A stretch of 64,000 nucleotides of DNA from a virus. The stretch is from positions 1,075 to 65,074 of the IMG/VR virus record IMGVR_UViG_3300020020_000003. One strand, given 5' to 3'. Made by a program: the position numbers and the translations under genes. Below the pieces are notes generated by a model that was not told the DNA's origin, ran no database searches, and was given only the letters and a program-made list of their open reading frames with translations. Positions 35,381 to 45,893 of this stretch are shown one piece after another (the first letter of the stretch is position 1; each line of letters opens with the position of its first letter).

Positions 35381-36318
35381 GATCTTCGCCACCATTGACT
35401 GGTCAACCGCCAATGGCGATGATCCCGGTCACAATACTGGGTGCCGATGGCTGCGTTCCATTTATGGTACCTGAGGAAGATGGCTGTTGTCCTCCTCCTC
35501 TTTGTGGGAATGATCTGTGCTGCACATTTGTAGCGTTTTTCAATCTACTTCCTTCTGGACCAATGTGGGATTATTGGAAGGCGGCTGCAATCAGTTATTT
35601 TGAGCGTAATGAGAATGCAGACGAATGTCCTCTTGTTAAGGATCCAGATTGCCCATCTTTGATCTTGCATGCTATCTATACAGTTCTTAGATTGCGCAAT
35701 GTCGTTCACAATGCACTCTGGCCGGCTTTCAGAGAGAGCAATCCTGCTACGGCTGTTACTACACTCGATGCACATCTTGCCCGTCTACATTGGGAAGATT
35801 GTTACCGTCAACATTGCCGTTCGGTTCTGCTTGGAGAATTGACTCCTTATGAGATATGGACTGAATGTGGTCCTGTATTCTGCGAAGTCGATTTTCCACC
35901 TGAGCTTGAAGCTGCGGTTAAGAAAGGAATCGTCACTGCCCTAACTAGAGCCAACATGGGAGTGATCAAAAATCTGTGTACTTTGAATTGGATTATCGAA
36001 CCACTTGGTGCTAAGATTGTACCGATCTATCCTCCTTCTGCTCCTGATCAGTCGTTACCTGACGGTTGTGATCCATACGATTGTTCCAATATTGCATTTG
36101 AGATTATTCATAGTCAAGATTGGCTCGAGGGTGTCGGCTCTGGAGATATCTGTGAGCTGAATCAACCTCCCGATAAAGTTCCAGGGATGTGGGATCGCGC
36201 TTGTAATAAACCAGCGGGTCTTCCTGATCAGATATGGCCAGGAGTATTGGCCGCCGAATGTATCGTTAGATCAATGATGCCTTCGAATTGCCCAGCCAAC
36301 ATCACACGGGGCTGCTGA
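35374..36318 (+). CDS. baseplate wedge protein (Mu gp48/DUF2313-like, Cys-rich)
   Basis: LLPSGPMW, RESNPATA..TLD motifs. Confidence 0.65.
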   Translation: MLRSSPPLTGQPPMAMIPVTILGADGCVPFMVPEEDGCCPPPLCGNDLCCTFVAFFNLLPSGPMWDYWKAAAISYFERNENADECPLVKDPDCPSLILHAIYTVLRLRNVVHNALWPAFRESNPATAVTTLDAHLARLHWEDCYRQHCRSVLLGELTPYEIWTECGPVFCEVDFPPELEAAVKKGIVTALTRANMGVIKNLCTLNWIIEPLGAKIVPIYPPSAPDQSLPDGCDPYDCSNIAFEIIHSQDWLEGVGSGDICELNQPPDKVPGMWDRACNKPAGLPDQIWPGVLAAECIVRSMMPSNCPANITRGC

Positions 36319-36319
36319 A

Positions 36320-37489
36320 ATGCCAGGTATTTTTCCAGAGATCGAAACCGCAGGTGCAGTCGTTTATCGCGACGCGGCTGGTAATCCAACTCATCCGCCA
36401 GAGGTGCAGAATGCTTATCCGCCCTTGCCTGCATTTCTGTCTAACTGCGAATTGACAGCACTCCCCGCAGACTGTGACGCAAGAATCGAACCGAAGCAGA
36501 TCAATGCAATCGTTTCGGAGTTACTTAGCTTTGCAGAATGTCTTGATCCCGATGGACCATGGGATTGTAGTTCGCTCAAGAATCTGTGTGCGTCGTTTAC
36601 TGCCTGGGGATTGCTCCATCTTAAGTTTGTCGTTGTCAGTGATACACCTCCCCCAAATCCGCAACCAAATCAATTGTGGTGGGAGAGTGACACCGCTGTT
36701 ATGTGGCTCTGGTACAACGATGGTAACTCGACTCAGTGGGTGAAAGTTAACGGGACTCAGAGTGGTGAGAGCGGAGACGTAGTCCGCGCGGCTAGCGAAA
36801 CAGAGATGATCGCTGGCGTTACCAATGAAGCGTTTGGTACTCCGTTCAATACTATGGCTCTCACTGGGCTTAGGGTTGACCAAATTGATTCTGGGCTGAC
36901 TCCTAAGATCGTTCCAGCTATTAACGAGCTAAAGGGAGCAGTCGACGCTTTAGCTGCATCCAGCGAGTTTGTTGGATCGTTTGCTGCAGATGATGGTTCT
37001 ATCGTCTGGACGGCGACGTCCGGTATGACTGGTAACGCATTGCCTACTCCTGCGCTTGCTAATAAGGGATGGTATCTTATCTGCGATACGGCTGGATCAG
37101 TTCCTCCTGCAGGTACCATTACTGGTATACCAAATTATGAGAAAAGCGATTGGCTGCTTTCCGACGGTGTTGAATGGACGCATCTTCCGTTCGGACCAAT
37201 GTCTACAGTTACAGCTTCTGCTGTTATTGTTTCTCCTGCTGTAGCTGGAGCCGATGATGTTCAGGAAGCCCTCGAAGCACTCGATGCTAAGAATGCAGAA
37301 CAGGATGCGGCGATTGCTAGTCCTGTTGTTGCTGTGACAGCTCCTGAATTGACAGGGAATGGGCAAGCTGCTACTCCTATCACTTTTATGGGTATCACAA
37401 TTGCTCCTAATTCTGCATCTGCACTTCAAGGTAATGGTCTTTCAACATCTGGGCTCGATCTAGTATTAATCGACGGTGGAACATACTGA
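36320..37489 (+). CDS. baseplate-anchored short tail fibre / fibre hub
   Basis: Cys-containing N-terminal anchor; PPPNPQPNQLWWESD...DGNSTQWV module; ends IDGGTY. Confidence 0.7.
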   Translation: MPGIFPEIETAGAVVYRDAAGNPTHPPEVQNAYPPLPAFLSNCELTALPADCDARIEPKQINAIVSELLSFAECLDPDGPWDCSSLKNLCASFTAWGLLHLKFVVVSDTPPPNPQPNQLWWESDTAVMWLWYNDGNSTQWVKVNGTQSGESGDVVRAASETEMIAGVTNEAFGTPFNTMALTGLRVDQIDSGLTPKIVPAINELKGAVDALAASSEFVGSFAADDGSIVWTATSGMTGNALPTPALANKGWYLICDTAGSVPPAGTITGIPNYEKSDWLLSDGVEWTHLPFGPMSTVTASAVIVSPAVAGADDVQEALEALDAKNAEQDAAIASPVVAVTAPELTGNGQAATPITFMGITIAPNSASALQGNGLSTSGLDLVLIDGGTY

Positions 37490-37499
37490 GGGCACATAG

Positions 37500-38600
37500 A
37501 TGGTCGTACCTATCCAAATCAAAAGAACTGCGACTCCTGGTTTTAGTCCGACTGGACTTCGCCCAGGTGAGCTCTCTGTCGAGATGGCTAATCCAACTAG
37601 ATTGTGGGTAGGTGTTCCATCGTCGATTGATCCATCAGAACGAAAATTAATTGGTGGAGGTATTGCTTTAGGTGATGCCCCTCCGATGAATCCCGCAGCC
37701 GGACAATTGTGGTGGGAGACTGACTCTGGGGTTCTCTGGTTCTATTACGACGATGGGAACTCTAAACAATGGGTTCAGGTCAACAGCGGTGGAAATACCG
37801 GTGGTGGAGCGACGGGTGAATTCTTGCCACTTGTTGGTGGTAATATGTCTGGTGATATTATTATCAGTAAAGGAGCTCCGGGTTTATTTCTAAATAATAC
37901 CGAAGCGTCTGCTGGTGGGCTAGTTGGTATGCTCAACAGTACACGTCGTTGGATTTTGCAGCCTGGCGACGGGACTGTTGAAGGAGGAGGAAATACAGGA
38001 ACTAATTTCTTAATCTACCGTTATGATGATCTTGGTGTTATCAACGGAACTCCTGTTCTAAAGATAGATCGTTCCACAGGTATTTCAAGATTCAGTTCGC
38101 CTATCGAGATCGGTCCTGACCCGATGCCAACCTTGGCAGCGGGAATCAAAGTCAGTTATCCGGGTACAACTGTTCAGAATGGCATTGCTCTCCGACCAGC
38201 AGCAGATGAGAGTACTGCTCTCTTATTTTATAATGCTGCTGGAACTGCAATTGGAAACATCTATCAGACAGCACTTACTGTGGCCTACAATACTGGGTCG
38301 AGTGGTGAGCATAAGGAAGATCTCAAGGAGTTTGATTCTGGGCGCATTATTGACAGTACCAATGTTTATGATTTTGCATGGAAAGGAACTACTGATCGAA
38401 GTTATGGTGTTATTGCTCAACAAGCAATGACAGTTTATCCAATGGCAGTTACTCATGTTAAGATGAGTGAAGGACATGATTACTGGGGTGTTGATTATTC
38501 CAAGTATGTCCCTGTTTTGCTTCGAGAGATGAAATCATTGCGAGAGCGTGTCAGCGAACTTGAATCTGCTCTTTTGAAATTACTTGGGAAGAAAATCTGA
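37500..38600 (+). CDS. tail fibre with Mtd-N-like start and C-terminal S74-like chaperone
   Basis: IQIKR...GELS; PMNPAAGQLWWETD...DGNSKQWV; SSGEHKEDL...GVIAQ...VDYSKYVPVLL. Confidence 0.75.
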   Translation: MVVPIQIKRTATPGFSPTGLRPGELSVEMANPTRLWVGVPSSIDPSERKLIGGGIALGDAPPMNPAAGQLWWETDSGVLWFYYDDGNSKQWVQVNSGGNTGGGATGEFLPLVGGNMSGDIIISKGAPGLFLNNTEASAGGLVGMLNSTRRWILQPGDGTVEGGGNTGTNFLIYRYDDLGVINGTPVLKIDRSTGISRFSSPIEIGPDPMPTLAAGIKVSYPGTTVQNGIALRPAADESTALLFYNAAGTAIGNIYQTALTVAYNTGSSGEHKEDLKEFDSGRIIDSTNVYDFAWKGTTDRSYGVIAQQAMTVYPMAVTHVKMSEGHDYWGVDYSKYVPVLLREMKSLRERVSELESALLKLLGKKI

Positions 38601-40663
38601 TGTTTGATTTTCCTTCCGGTCCAGTTCCAGGTCAGGAATACACGTTAGGTGGCGTGAGCTACGTATGGAACGGATACGGCTGGGCAGTCAAGGTTGAAGA
38701 GGATACTGGAGGAGAAGTAATAGACGCTTATAACAAATCGGAAAGTGATGCTCGATTTGTTAATGTTGCCGGCGATACTATGACCGGTACTCTTCAGATA
38801 ACAAATGGCGGTGCCTTACGGGTCTATGTAGATGCAAACCATCAATTTCAAGCGTATAGTAATGCAGTACTGGGAGCACAACAGAGCGGTATCGGACAAG
38901 GTGGTCGTGTTGAAGTATCCAGTGCAGGTGTTCTGAGTGGGATAAAGACTTATCCCGCATTTCCATCATATAATTTATTGATTACAAATGAGGGTCCAGT
39001 AGGTTTTAAACTCGTAAGGCATGATGCTGGATCGACCCCAACTGATGGAGCACTTACAACATTATTGCAAGTTGATGGAGTAAGAGGAAATGCTAGTCTT
39101 GGTGGTGTTGCTCCATCTATATTCACCACATATGCTGCTCCTGCGCGTATATTGAATGTGCGAACAGATAACGTACCCAGTGCGATTGCTGTTCTTGATC
39201 TTACCGGTAACGCTACGGTAGACTATCCTATCGGTCATGTGTCATTTAGTAATCAATCAAATACTGCTGCGGATAAACGAATTGGTGCCATTGGTGTATC
39301 ACGTTTTGGTAATGATGCTTCAGGAAAGATGGACTTCCTTGTATGGGAAGCTGGAACGTTTAAGACTGCTTTGAGTATATTTCCGACTGGATTGATAGAA
39401 AGCAAAGGTGATATTAAAATTAATAAGGTACAGCCTGCTCTTATTCTAGATAAGACAACCGATGCAGGAAACGTAATCTATGGACGAAAAAACGGAGTTA
39501 GTCGTTGGTATATAAATGTCGGTGCTGCTGATCCAGAAACTGGAGGTAATGTTGGTTCTGGATTTTATCTAACTCGTTGTGCAGACGATGGAAGTGTTAT
39601 ATCCGATGTTCTAGGTATTAGTCGCGCTACGGGTGCGATGTCATATTCAGGTGATATTGGAATTAGTGGTAATTTAACTGTCTGGGGTTCAAGCACAAAT
39701 CTTAATGGACCATCCGGTCAAAGCACGTCTCTTAATCTAGCAAAAGCAATTGCTAGCGATGTTTGTCAGTCGTATTTTAATTCAGAAGGTAAAGCTAAAT
39801 GGCTTGTACGCTGGTGCGATGCTGGCGAAGGCCACATGAATTTTTATCGTTATAATGCAGATGCATCTGCTATTGTCGGAACACCGATTTCGCTTAACTG
39901 GACCAATGGTGATATAAATCTTAATGCCGGAGTAGGAACGCTCTTGCTTCAAGGAGGCAGCCTCTACGTCGGTCCTACTGCGACATTTGCTTCAGGAGCT
40001 CTTTGGGTTCATAATAATACAGCTGACGGTACTATCTATCTTGGTAATACAGCAACCTGTTATCTGCAGTCTTCTGGTGGAGCTATGTATCTGAATGGCC
40101 CACCTTTAACTATATACCCTCAAGTAACAATGAGTGGAATGCTTCTTGCTAATGGTAAGATATCAATCAATTCTAGTACAGGATTAATTGCTAATAGTTC
40201 TGGATATCATGCACTAGAAGTTAAATCTGCTGGCGTAGGTAACTCAGCATTTATGGCTTTCCACATACCTGGATCATTTGCTGCTAATTTTGGTGTTGAT
40301 ACTGATACATTTTGGAAGGTTGGCGGATGGAGTATGGGAGGTGTTGCGCATAAAGTATTCCATGAAGGTGTGTGCCCGAATAATTCCAACTATTTCAAAT
40401 TGACTAGTGGAATGATGTACGTAATGGGCACATGTCCTGTTAGTATGGGTAATGGATGGGTTACGTTTCCAGTAGCATTTCCAAATCTGTGCATCGGTGT
40501 TGTTGTAACAGGTGTAGCGGCTTTGGGAGATGGTTCTTCAATTACTTGTAATAGTCAGGCTTTTGAACCTAGTAGATTTTTCTTTCAACCAAGATACATT
40601 AACAGTGGCGGTGCTGTCGGAGTAGCTACTCAGGAATATAGATATATAGCGTGGGGATATTGA
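38600..40663 (+). CDS. tail fibre (MFDFP type) with gp53-like C-terminal domain
   Basis: MFDFPSGP..GQEY...WNGYGW; VTFPVAFPNLC...Y.AWGY. Confidence 0.8.
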   Translation: MFDFPSGPVPGQEYTLGGVSYVWNGYGWAVKVEEDTGGEVIDAYNKSESDARFVNVAGDTMTGTLQITNGGALRVYVDANHQFQAYSNAVLGAQQSGIGQGGRVEVSSAGVLSGIKTYPAFPSYNLLITNEGPVGFKLVRHDAGSTPTDGALTTLLQVDGVRGNASLGGVAPSIFTTYAAPARILNVRTDNVPSAIAVLDLTGNATVDYPIGHVSFSNQSNTAADKRIGAIGVSRFGNDASGKMDFLVWEAGTFKTALSIFPTGLIESKGDIKINKVQPALILDKTTDAGNVIYGRKNGVSRWYINVGAADPETGGNVGSGFYLTRCADDGSVISDVLGISRATGAMSYSGDIGISGNLTVWGSSTNLNGPSGQSTSLNLAKAIASDVCQSYFNSEGKAKWLVRWCDAGEGHMNFYRYNADASAIVGTPISLNWTNGDINLNAGVGTLLLQGGSLYVGPTATFASGALWVHNNTADGTIYLGNTATCYLQSSGGAMYLNGPPLTIYPQVTMSGMLLANGKISINSSTGLIANSSGYHALEVKSAGVGNSAFMAFHIPGSFAANFGVDTDTFWKVGGWSMGGVAHKVFHEGVCPNNSNYFKLTSGMMYVMGTCPVSMGNGWVTFPVAFPNLCIGVVVTGVAALGDGSSITCNSQAFEPSRFFFQPRYINSGGAVGVATQEYRYIAWGY

Positions 40664-41010
40664 TGAACGAATCTGAGACCCCGTCAGGAATGGCAGATCC
40701 CGTCTTACGCTTCTATGGAGTGTTTGACGAGGAAGGTAGAGCTGTTGGTTTCTATACGAGCGATATCTATCCACCTGTAAATGAGAATGCTCGTAGCGCA
40801 AAGATACCGTTAGAAGCTATTGAGATCACAGAGGAGGTGTGGAAAGAATTACTTGCTAAACAAGGGTCTGCACGGTATATTGATGGTGCAATTGTCGATG
40901 TACCATTTCCACCGATACCTCCTCCACCACCTAGTCCTATAGAAGTGATAGAAAAAGCAATCGAAGAGTTGGCTAAGGAAGTTCAAGAACTCAAACGGAG
41001 TAAGAAATGA
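40663..41010 (+). CDS. tail fibre assembly chaperone
   Basis: FDEEGRAVGFY...IP.EAIEITEE.W..LL motif directly after fibre. Confidence 0.7.
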   Translation: MNESETPSGMADPVLRFYGVFDEEGRAVGFYTSDIYPPVNENARSAKIPLEAIEITEEVWKELLAKQGSARYIDGAIVDVPFPPIPPPPPSPIEVIEKAIEELAKEVQELKRSKK

Positions 41011-41189
41011 ACGAAGAGCAACAGGCTATTAGTCAATATGTCGAACAGAATGTTCGACTACTTATTGGTGATCTGCAGATGCAGATTCTTGTGTTGAGAG
41101 CAACCATTGCCTCGATGCAACAGGCAGAGCAGAATATCAAAACGAACGGAGCGGCGCATCCAAAAACAGAAGTCGAGCGGCGAGTATAA
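41007..41189 (+). CDS. small coiled-coil hypothetical protein
   Basis: GGAG RBS, coupled. Confidence 0.5.
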   Translation: MNEEQQAISQYVEQNVRLLIGDLQMQILVLRATIASMQQAEQNIKTNGAAHPKTEVERRV

Positions 41190-41192
41190 TTG

Positions 41193-43184
41193 ATGTTCGA
41201 TTTTCCTGCATCACCTTCTATCGGCCAGGAATACACGTCTAACGGTGTCTCGTACATCTGGAACGGGTATGGCTGGGCTGCGATGGAAGATGATACCGGT
41301 GGTACCGGAGGTGAGTTTGTTAACACCTCCGGCGACATTATGACGGGTGATTTAATCATCTCGAAAGATACTCCGGGGCTTGGTCTGAATAGAGTTGGAG
41401 TACCTGACGCTCAAATTCGGGGACTGAAAGACGGACTGTCACGTTGGACTGTGGTGTTAGGAGATAATGTTGTCGAAGGGGGTGGTAATATAGGTTCTGA
41501 CTTCAGAATATCTCGATATGATGATTCTGGAGGTAGGATAGGTAATCCTCTCCTGATTAGTCGTCAGACTGGTCTTATAACTATTGAAGGAGATCCCACA
41601 GTTCCTCTAGGAGTTGCAACAAAGCAATATGTTGATAGTCATGTAGATACCGGATCGTATGTCCTTAAGACTGGCGATACAATGTCCGGTCCTTTAAACA
41701 TTACTTCTGCAAGTCCATTCATTACATTGAATAAGACTAGCGGTGCGGCATACATTCAAGGAGCAAATAATGGTCTAATTCGTTGGCGTATGAATCTCGG
41801 ATTGAATGTAGCTGAAGGTGGGGCGGATACTGGTTCTGATTTTAGTCTGGTTCGATATAGTGATGCGGCCACCGCTATCGGTGGAATTAACATTTCTCGT
41901 AAGACAGGTCTGCTTACCACAGACGGTGATATACGTATTGACAAATCCGTTCCGAAGATCACGGTTAATGGTATTGATGCTGGAGGAGCGTACCTCACAG
42001 CTATGCGCGGTGGATCTGCGCGTTGGAATCTTCTAATGGCCTATGGGGCCGGAGCAGATTTCTATATTCAGGCCTGTGATGATACTGGTACTGTTATCAA
42101 TAACCCCTTGACAATCAAACGTGCAGACAGCACGGTCGAGGTTGCCCGCGATCCTCTGCTTCCATTAGGCGTCGCCACAAAGCAATATGTCGACGCGCGA
42201 GTTGGGTCTTTTGTTCTAAAGACCGGCGATACCATGACCGGTGGTCTGACTGCACCTGCTGTCAATGTCACTGGACAGGACAGTCTTTCGCAGACTGTGG
42301 TAAACGGTGCTCACGCACGATTGGCACAGACGGTAACTGGTACGCGTACCTGGTACACTGGGCCACAGGCAGATGGTGCGTATTACATTCGTGATGCTTC
42401 GACTAACGTGCGTATGTCGATCGATCTTGCAGGTACGGTTAGTTTTCAGGGTAATGCGGTCTACGCTGGATCTTTCAATGGTACGTTCAATGGAAATGTT
42501 AATGGAAATTGTACCGGAACTTCTGGCGGTATCGCAGCGGGTGGCATTATAGATGTGACAGCTATCGAGGGAGTCCAGTATATGGACTTCAGGTATGCAG
42601 GTCACAGTGAAGATTACTGTGCTCGTTTTCAGATTCAGAATGATCATCAGTTGACATGTTTCACTCCTCGTTTCAGTGTCGCAGGAGGGTACATCAATTC
42701 TGATACTTATATATCTTCAGTTCAAGGTTATTTATGTAATACTGGAGGAGCTGCTCCTACCTATACCTTTGCAATTAATTGGCCAGGCGGTGCTCTTTAC
42801 ATTAGTGGAACTTATGTTGGCAACGTAGTAGGTGGATCAGACTATCGTATTAAGAAAGACATCATTGATCTCACCAGTATGTGGGATACGGTGAAAGGAT
42901 TGCGACCGATCCGATATACCCACAGAGACTACACTCCTGTTTCTCAAGTTGAAATGGAGCAGAGAACAGGAACACCATTTATTGCAGGAGATGAGATTGA
43001 ACGATGGGGTTTTGTTGCGCACGAGCTTCAGGAAACGTTAATCGAAAGTGCAGCGACTGCCGTCAAAGATGCTCCTAACGCAATACAATCACCCGATCCG
43101 ATGACTGTGATTGCTGCTCTGACTAAGGCACTTCAAGAAGCGATGACTCGTATTGAACAACTCGAAACGGCAACGGGAATCTAA
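41193..43184 (+). CDS. tail fibre (MFDFP type) with S74-like intramolecular chaperone
   Basis: MFDFPASP..GQEY...WNGYGW; ATKQYVD repeats; SDYRIKKDI...GFVAHELQE. Confidence 0.8.
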   Translation: MFDFPASPSIGQEYTSNGVSYIWNGYGWAAMEDDTGGTGGEFVNTSGDIMTGDLIISKDTPGLGLNRVGVPDAQIRGLKDGLSRWTVVLGDNVVEGGGNIGSDFRISRYDDSGGRIGNPLLISRQTGLITIEGDPTVPLGVATKQYVDSHVDTGSYVLKTGDTMSGPLNITSASPFITLNKTSGAAYIQGANNGLIRWRMNLGLNVAEGGADTGSDFSLVRYSDAATAIGGINISRKTGLLTTDGDIRIDKSVPKITVNGIDAGGAYLTAMRGGSARWNLLMAYGAGADFYIQACDDTGTVINNPLTIKRADSTVEVARDPLLPLGVATKQYVDARVGSFVLKTGDTMTGGLTAPAVNVTGQDSLSQTVVNGAHARLAQTVTGTRTWYTGPQADGAYYIRDASTNVRMSIDLAGTVSFQGNAVYAGSFNGTFNGNVNGNCTGTSGGIAAGGIIDVTAIEGVQYMDFRYAGHSEDYCARFQIQNDHQLTCFTPRFSVAGGYINSDTYISSVQGYLCNTGGAAPTYTFAINWPGGALYISGTYVGNVVGGSDYRIKKDIIDLTSMWDTVKGLRPIRYTHRDYTPVSQVEMEQRTGTPFIAGDEIERWGFVAHELQETLIESAATAVKDAPNAIQSPDPMTVIAALTKALQEAMTRIEQLETATGI

Positions 43185-45514
43185 TGTTTGATTTTCCTCC
43201 ATCGCCAGCACTTGGGGAAGAGTATGTCTCCGGCGGAGTGACATACTTCTGGAACGGTTACGGATGGGCTGCGAAAGCAGGAGACCCGAGCGCCTCCTTT
43301 GTCGACGTTGCAGGCGACACGATGACAGGTGATCTGAAGATCACTAAGGCAGCTGACGATCCGATAGGACCCAATATCTTCGGTCAGCGCGATGCCATTG
43401 ATCGCTGGTGCGTCCAGCTTGCCGGCACACCTGCTGCCGATTTCTACGTCACGTATTACAACGACGCAGGTGTGGCTCAAGGTCACGCGCTAGTCGGCAA
43501 TCGAGTCACTGGGCTGCTGTCGGTCAAGGGAGACCCGACTGTACCACTCGGTATTGCGACCAAGCAGTATGTTGATTCCAACGCAGGCAGCGGCGGTCTA
43601 GATCAAGCTACAGCCGACGCTCGTTATGTCAATGTGGCCGGCGATATGATGAGTGGTAATCTTACTATCTCGACAGCGACAGCTAGTCCCGCACTCACAT
43701 TAAATGGAATACCTGGAACAGGACCTCAGATTTTTGCTCGTATTAATAATGTAGCACGTTGGCAATTAATGCTCGGTGATGGAGGCGCAGAGAGTGGTGC
43801 CAATGCTGGTTCAGATATTGCACTTGGCGGTTTTGATGATGCGGGTGCCTTAATCAATTACCCACTTCGTATTAAACGATCAAGTGGTCTTGCTACTGTT
43901 GTCGGAAATCCAATTGTTCCTCTTGGTATCGCTACCAAACAATATGTCGACGGTGCTGTCGGTGCTGGATTTCTACCACTCACTGGCGGTACGTTGAGTG
44001 GTGATTTGACAATTCAGAAGGCGTCTCCATCCCTGCGATTGATAGCATCTGCCTCTGGGCAGGGCATGTCGATCATTGGAATGAGTGAGGCATTGGCGCA
44101 ACGCTGGAACATGGAACTTGGCAGCAATGACGCAGAGAGCGGAGGAGCAACTGGTGCAGGTGGTCGTAGCTTCATTCTTCATGCTTATAAGAATGATGGT
44201 AACTACATAGGTCAGGCACTCAATATCAATCGTGAGACTCGTGCTGCTATGTTCAGCGGAGAGATTACGATTGCTAAACCACAATCCATTCTCTGGCTTA
44301 ACGGTCAGTCTGGAAATGCCCGTGCTGTTGTAGGTCAGAGCAATGGAGTTTTTCGCTGGTCGATGAACCTTGGCGACTCCCAAGCGGAGAGTACAAGTAA
44401 TAAAGGATCGAATTTCAATCTTATTCGTTTTGATGATGCCGGTAATGCTATCGACTCACCTATTCTTATATGGCGTGAGACTGGAATCATAGAAAGCCGT
44501 GGACAGCAGATTGCTCCCGCTACGATTGATATGAGTAGTAACATACTCATCAACGGCGGGTTCGATATGAACCAGTTCGTCGGAACCGGTGGAATTTCTG
44601 TTGGTGGTGGAAATCTATATACTTATTTCGCAGATGGTTGGAGGATCAATAAAGCAGGAGTATCTGCATTTGCACTGCAGACAAAAGCTCTCGGACAGGT
44701 CCCAGAATTTCGTTATGGATTTTGTCTGATTGGTATAACGGTTGCACAACCATCAATGGGAGGTGATTACGTTCTTATTGAACAACCAATTGAAGGGGCC
44801 CGCATCGCTCGTGCGCGTCAAGGTACAGCAAATGCTACACCTATATCATTTTGTTTCCGTGGCTGTTTTCCACAAGCGGGACCTATATTAATGCGACTGG
44901 TTAGTGGTGATAACTCAGCTGTAACAGATGTCACATTAAACGTGACAACTGCAAATGTCCCTCAGTGGTTTACTGGTACTTTTGCTCCGTGTACAATTGG
45001 AGTGTGGCCTACTGATGATACAAAAGGTGCAACGCTCGTAATCTATCTTGCATTGTCTGGATCACATATTAATTGTGTTGCTGATGTATCATATCAGACA
45101 GTGATAAGTGGAGTTATGCTGGTTCCAGGCAATATCCCTCCAATGTATACACATCTGCTTGTCCGTCCTTGGTCTGAAGAATGGCAACTGTGCAAACGAT
45201 ACTATGAGAAATGTGGCTCGGGTTGGACTGGAGCGTGGAGTGGTGGCACCACAGCACAAGTCTTTGGTTCATTTGAAGTTCAGAAAAGAGTAGCACCCAC
45301 ATTGTTTCTTTCGTCTAGTGACAATGTCTATATGGAATTATCTAATATCGGTGGCTCAGTTACGCCTCCTGGTGTTGCAACGATCGTTAATTCACAGATA
45401 TCGAGACTGGGTGCGCGTGTGTCTTTTGGTAATCTAGTTAATTCCAGTGCGCCGAGTCAAGGGCCGGCTGGTCTATCATCCGATCCCATGTGTTTCGATG
45501 CGAGACTGCAATGA
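43184..45514 (+). CDS. tail fibre (MFDFP type) with carbohydrate-binding-like C-terminus
   Basis: MFDFPPSP..GEEY...WNGYGW; ATKQYVD repeats; NILINGGFD and EWQLCKRYYE motifs. Confidence 0.8.
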   Translation: MFDFPPSPALGEEYVSGGVTYFWNGYGWAAKAGDPSASFVDVAGDTMTGDLKITKAADDPIGPNIFGQRDAIDRWCVQLAGTPAADFYVTYYNDAGVAQGHALVGNRVTGLLSVKGDPTVPLGIATKQYVDSNAGSGGLDQATADARYVNVAGDMMSGNLTISTATASPALTLNGIPGTGPQIFARINNVARWQLMLGDGGAESGANAGSDIALGGFDDAGALINYPLRIKRSSGLATVVGNPIVPLGIATKQYVDGAVGAGFLPLTGGTLSGDLTIQKASPSLRLIASASGQGMSIIGMSEALAQRWNMELGSNDAESGGATGAGGRSFILHAYKNDGNYIGQALNINRETRAAMFSGEITIAKPQSILWLNGQSGNARAVVGQSNGVFRWSMNLGDSQAESTSNKGSNFNLIRFDDAGNAIDSPILIWRETGIIESRGQQIAPATIDMSSNILINGGFDMNQFVGTGGISVGGGNLYTYFADGWRINKAGVSAFALQTKALGQVPEFRYGFCLIGITVAQPSMGGDYVLIEQPIEGARIARARQGTANATPISFCFRGCFPQAGPILMRLVSGDNSAVTDVTLNVTTANVPQWFTGTFAPCTIGVWPTDDTKGATLVIYLALSGSHINCVADVSYQTVISGVMLVPGNIPPMYTHLLVRPWSEEWQLCKRYYEKCGSGWTGAWSGGTTAQVFGSFEVQKRVAPTLFLSSSDNVYMELSNIGGSVTPPGVATIVNSQISRLGARVSFGNLVNSSAPSQGPAGLSSDPMCFDARLQ

Positions 45515-45891
45515 GTGAATATCAACTCACTACAACTGATTATATAATTCGCACGAGCGACGGTGCTCATATTCCACCTGATCCTCATAACGCGGATCGT
45601 ATGGCTTATGAAACATGGCTCGCTGAAGGTGGAGTACCTGATCCTGCTGCACCAACCCCTCCGCTTGTGATGCAACGGGATGCAAATGAACGTATCGATG
45701 CTGGTATAGCAGCATCGCTTACTGTTGCTAAAGATGCGTCAGAAGCTTTGCACGCAATCTCATCTGGTTTTAATCCACAGACTTTTGCAGTGTTTCTATT
45801 ACAGATGAAGATTATGACAGATGCTTTCGTTGCTATGCTACAGGCGCAGGCTACTACGACAACAGACGAACGACCGAAACAGGACATCTAA
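45511..45891 (+). CDS. tail fibre assembly chaperone
   Basis: IIRTSDGAHIPPDPHNAD...Y..WLAEGG.PDPA motif. Confidence 0.7.
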   Translation: MSEYQLTTTDYIIRTSDGAHIPPDPHNADRMAYETWLAEGGVPDPAAPTPPLVMQRDANERIDAGIAASLTVAKDASEALHAISSGFNPQTFAVFLLQMKIMTDAFVAMLQAQATTTTDERPKQDI

Positions 45892-45893
45892 TC

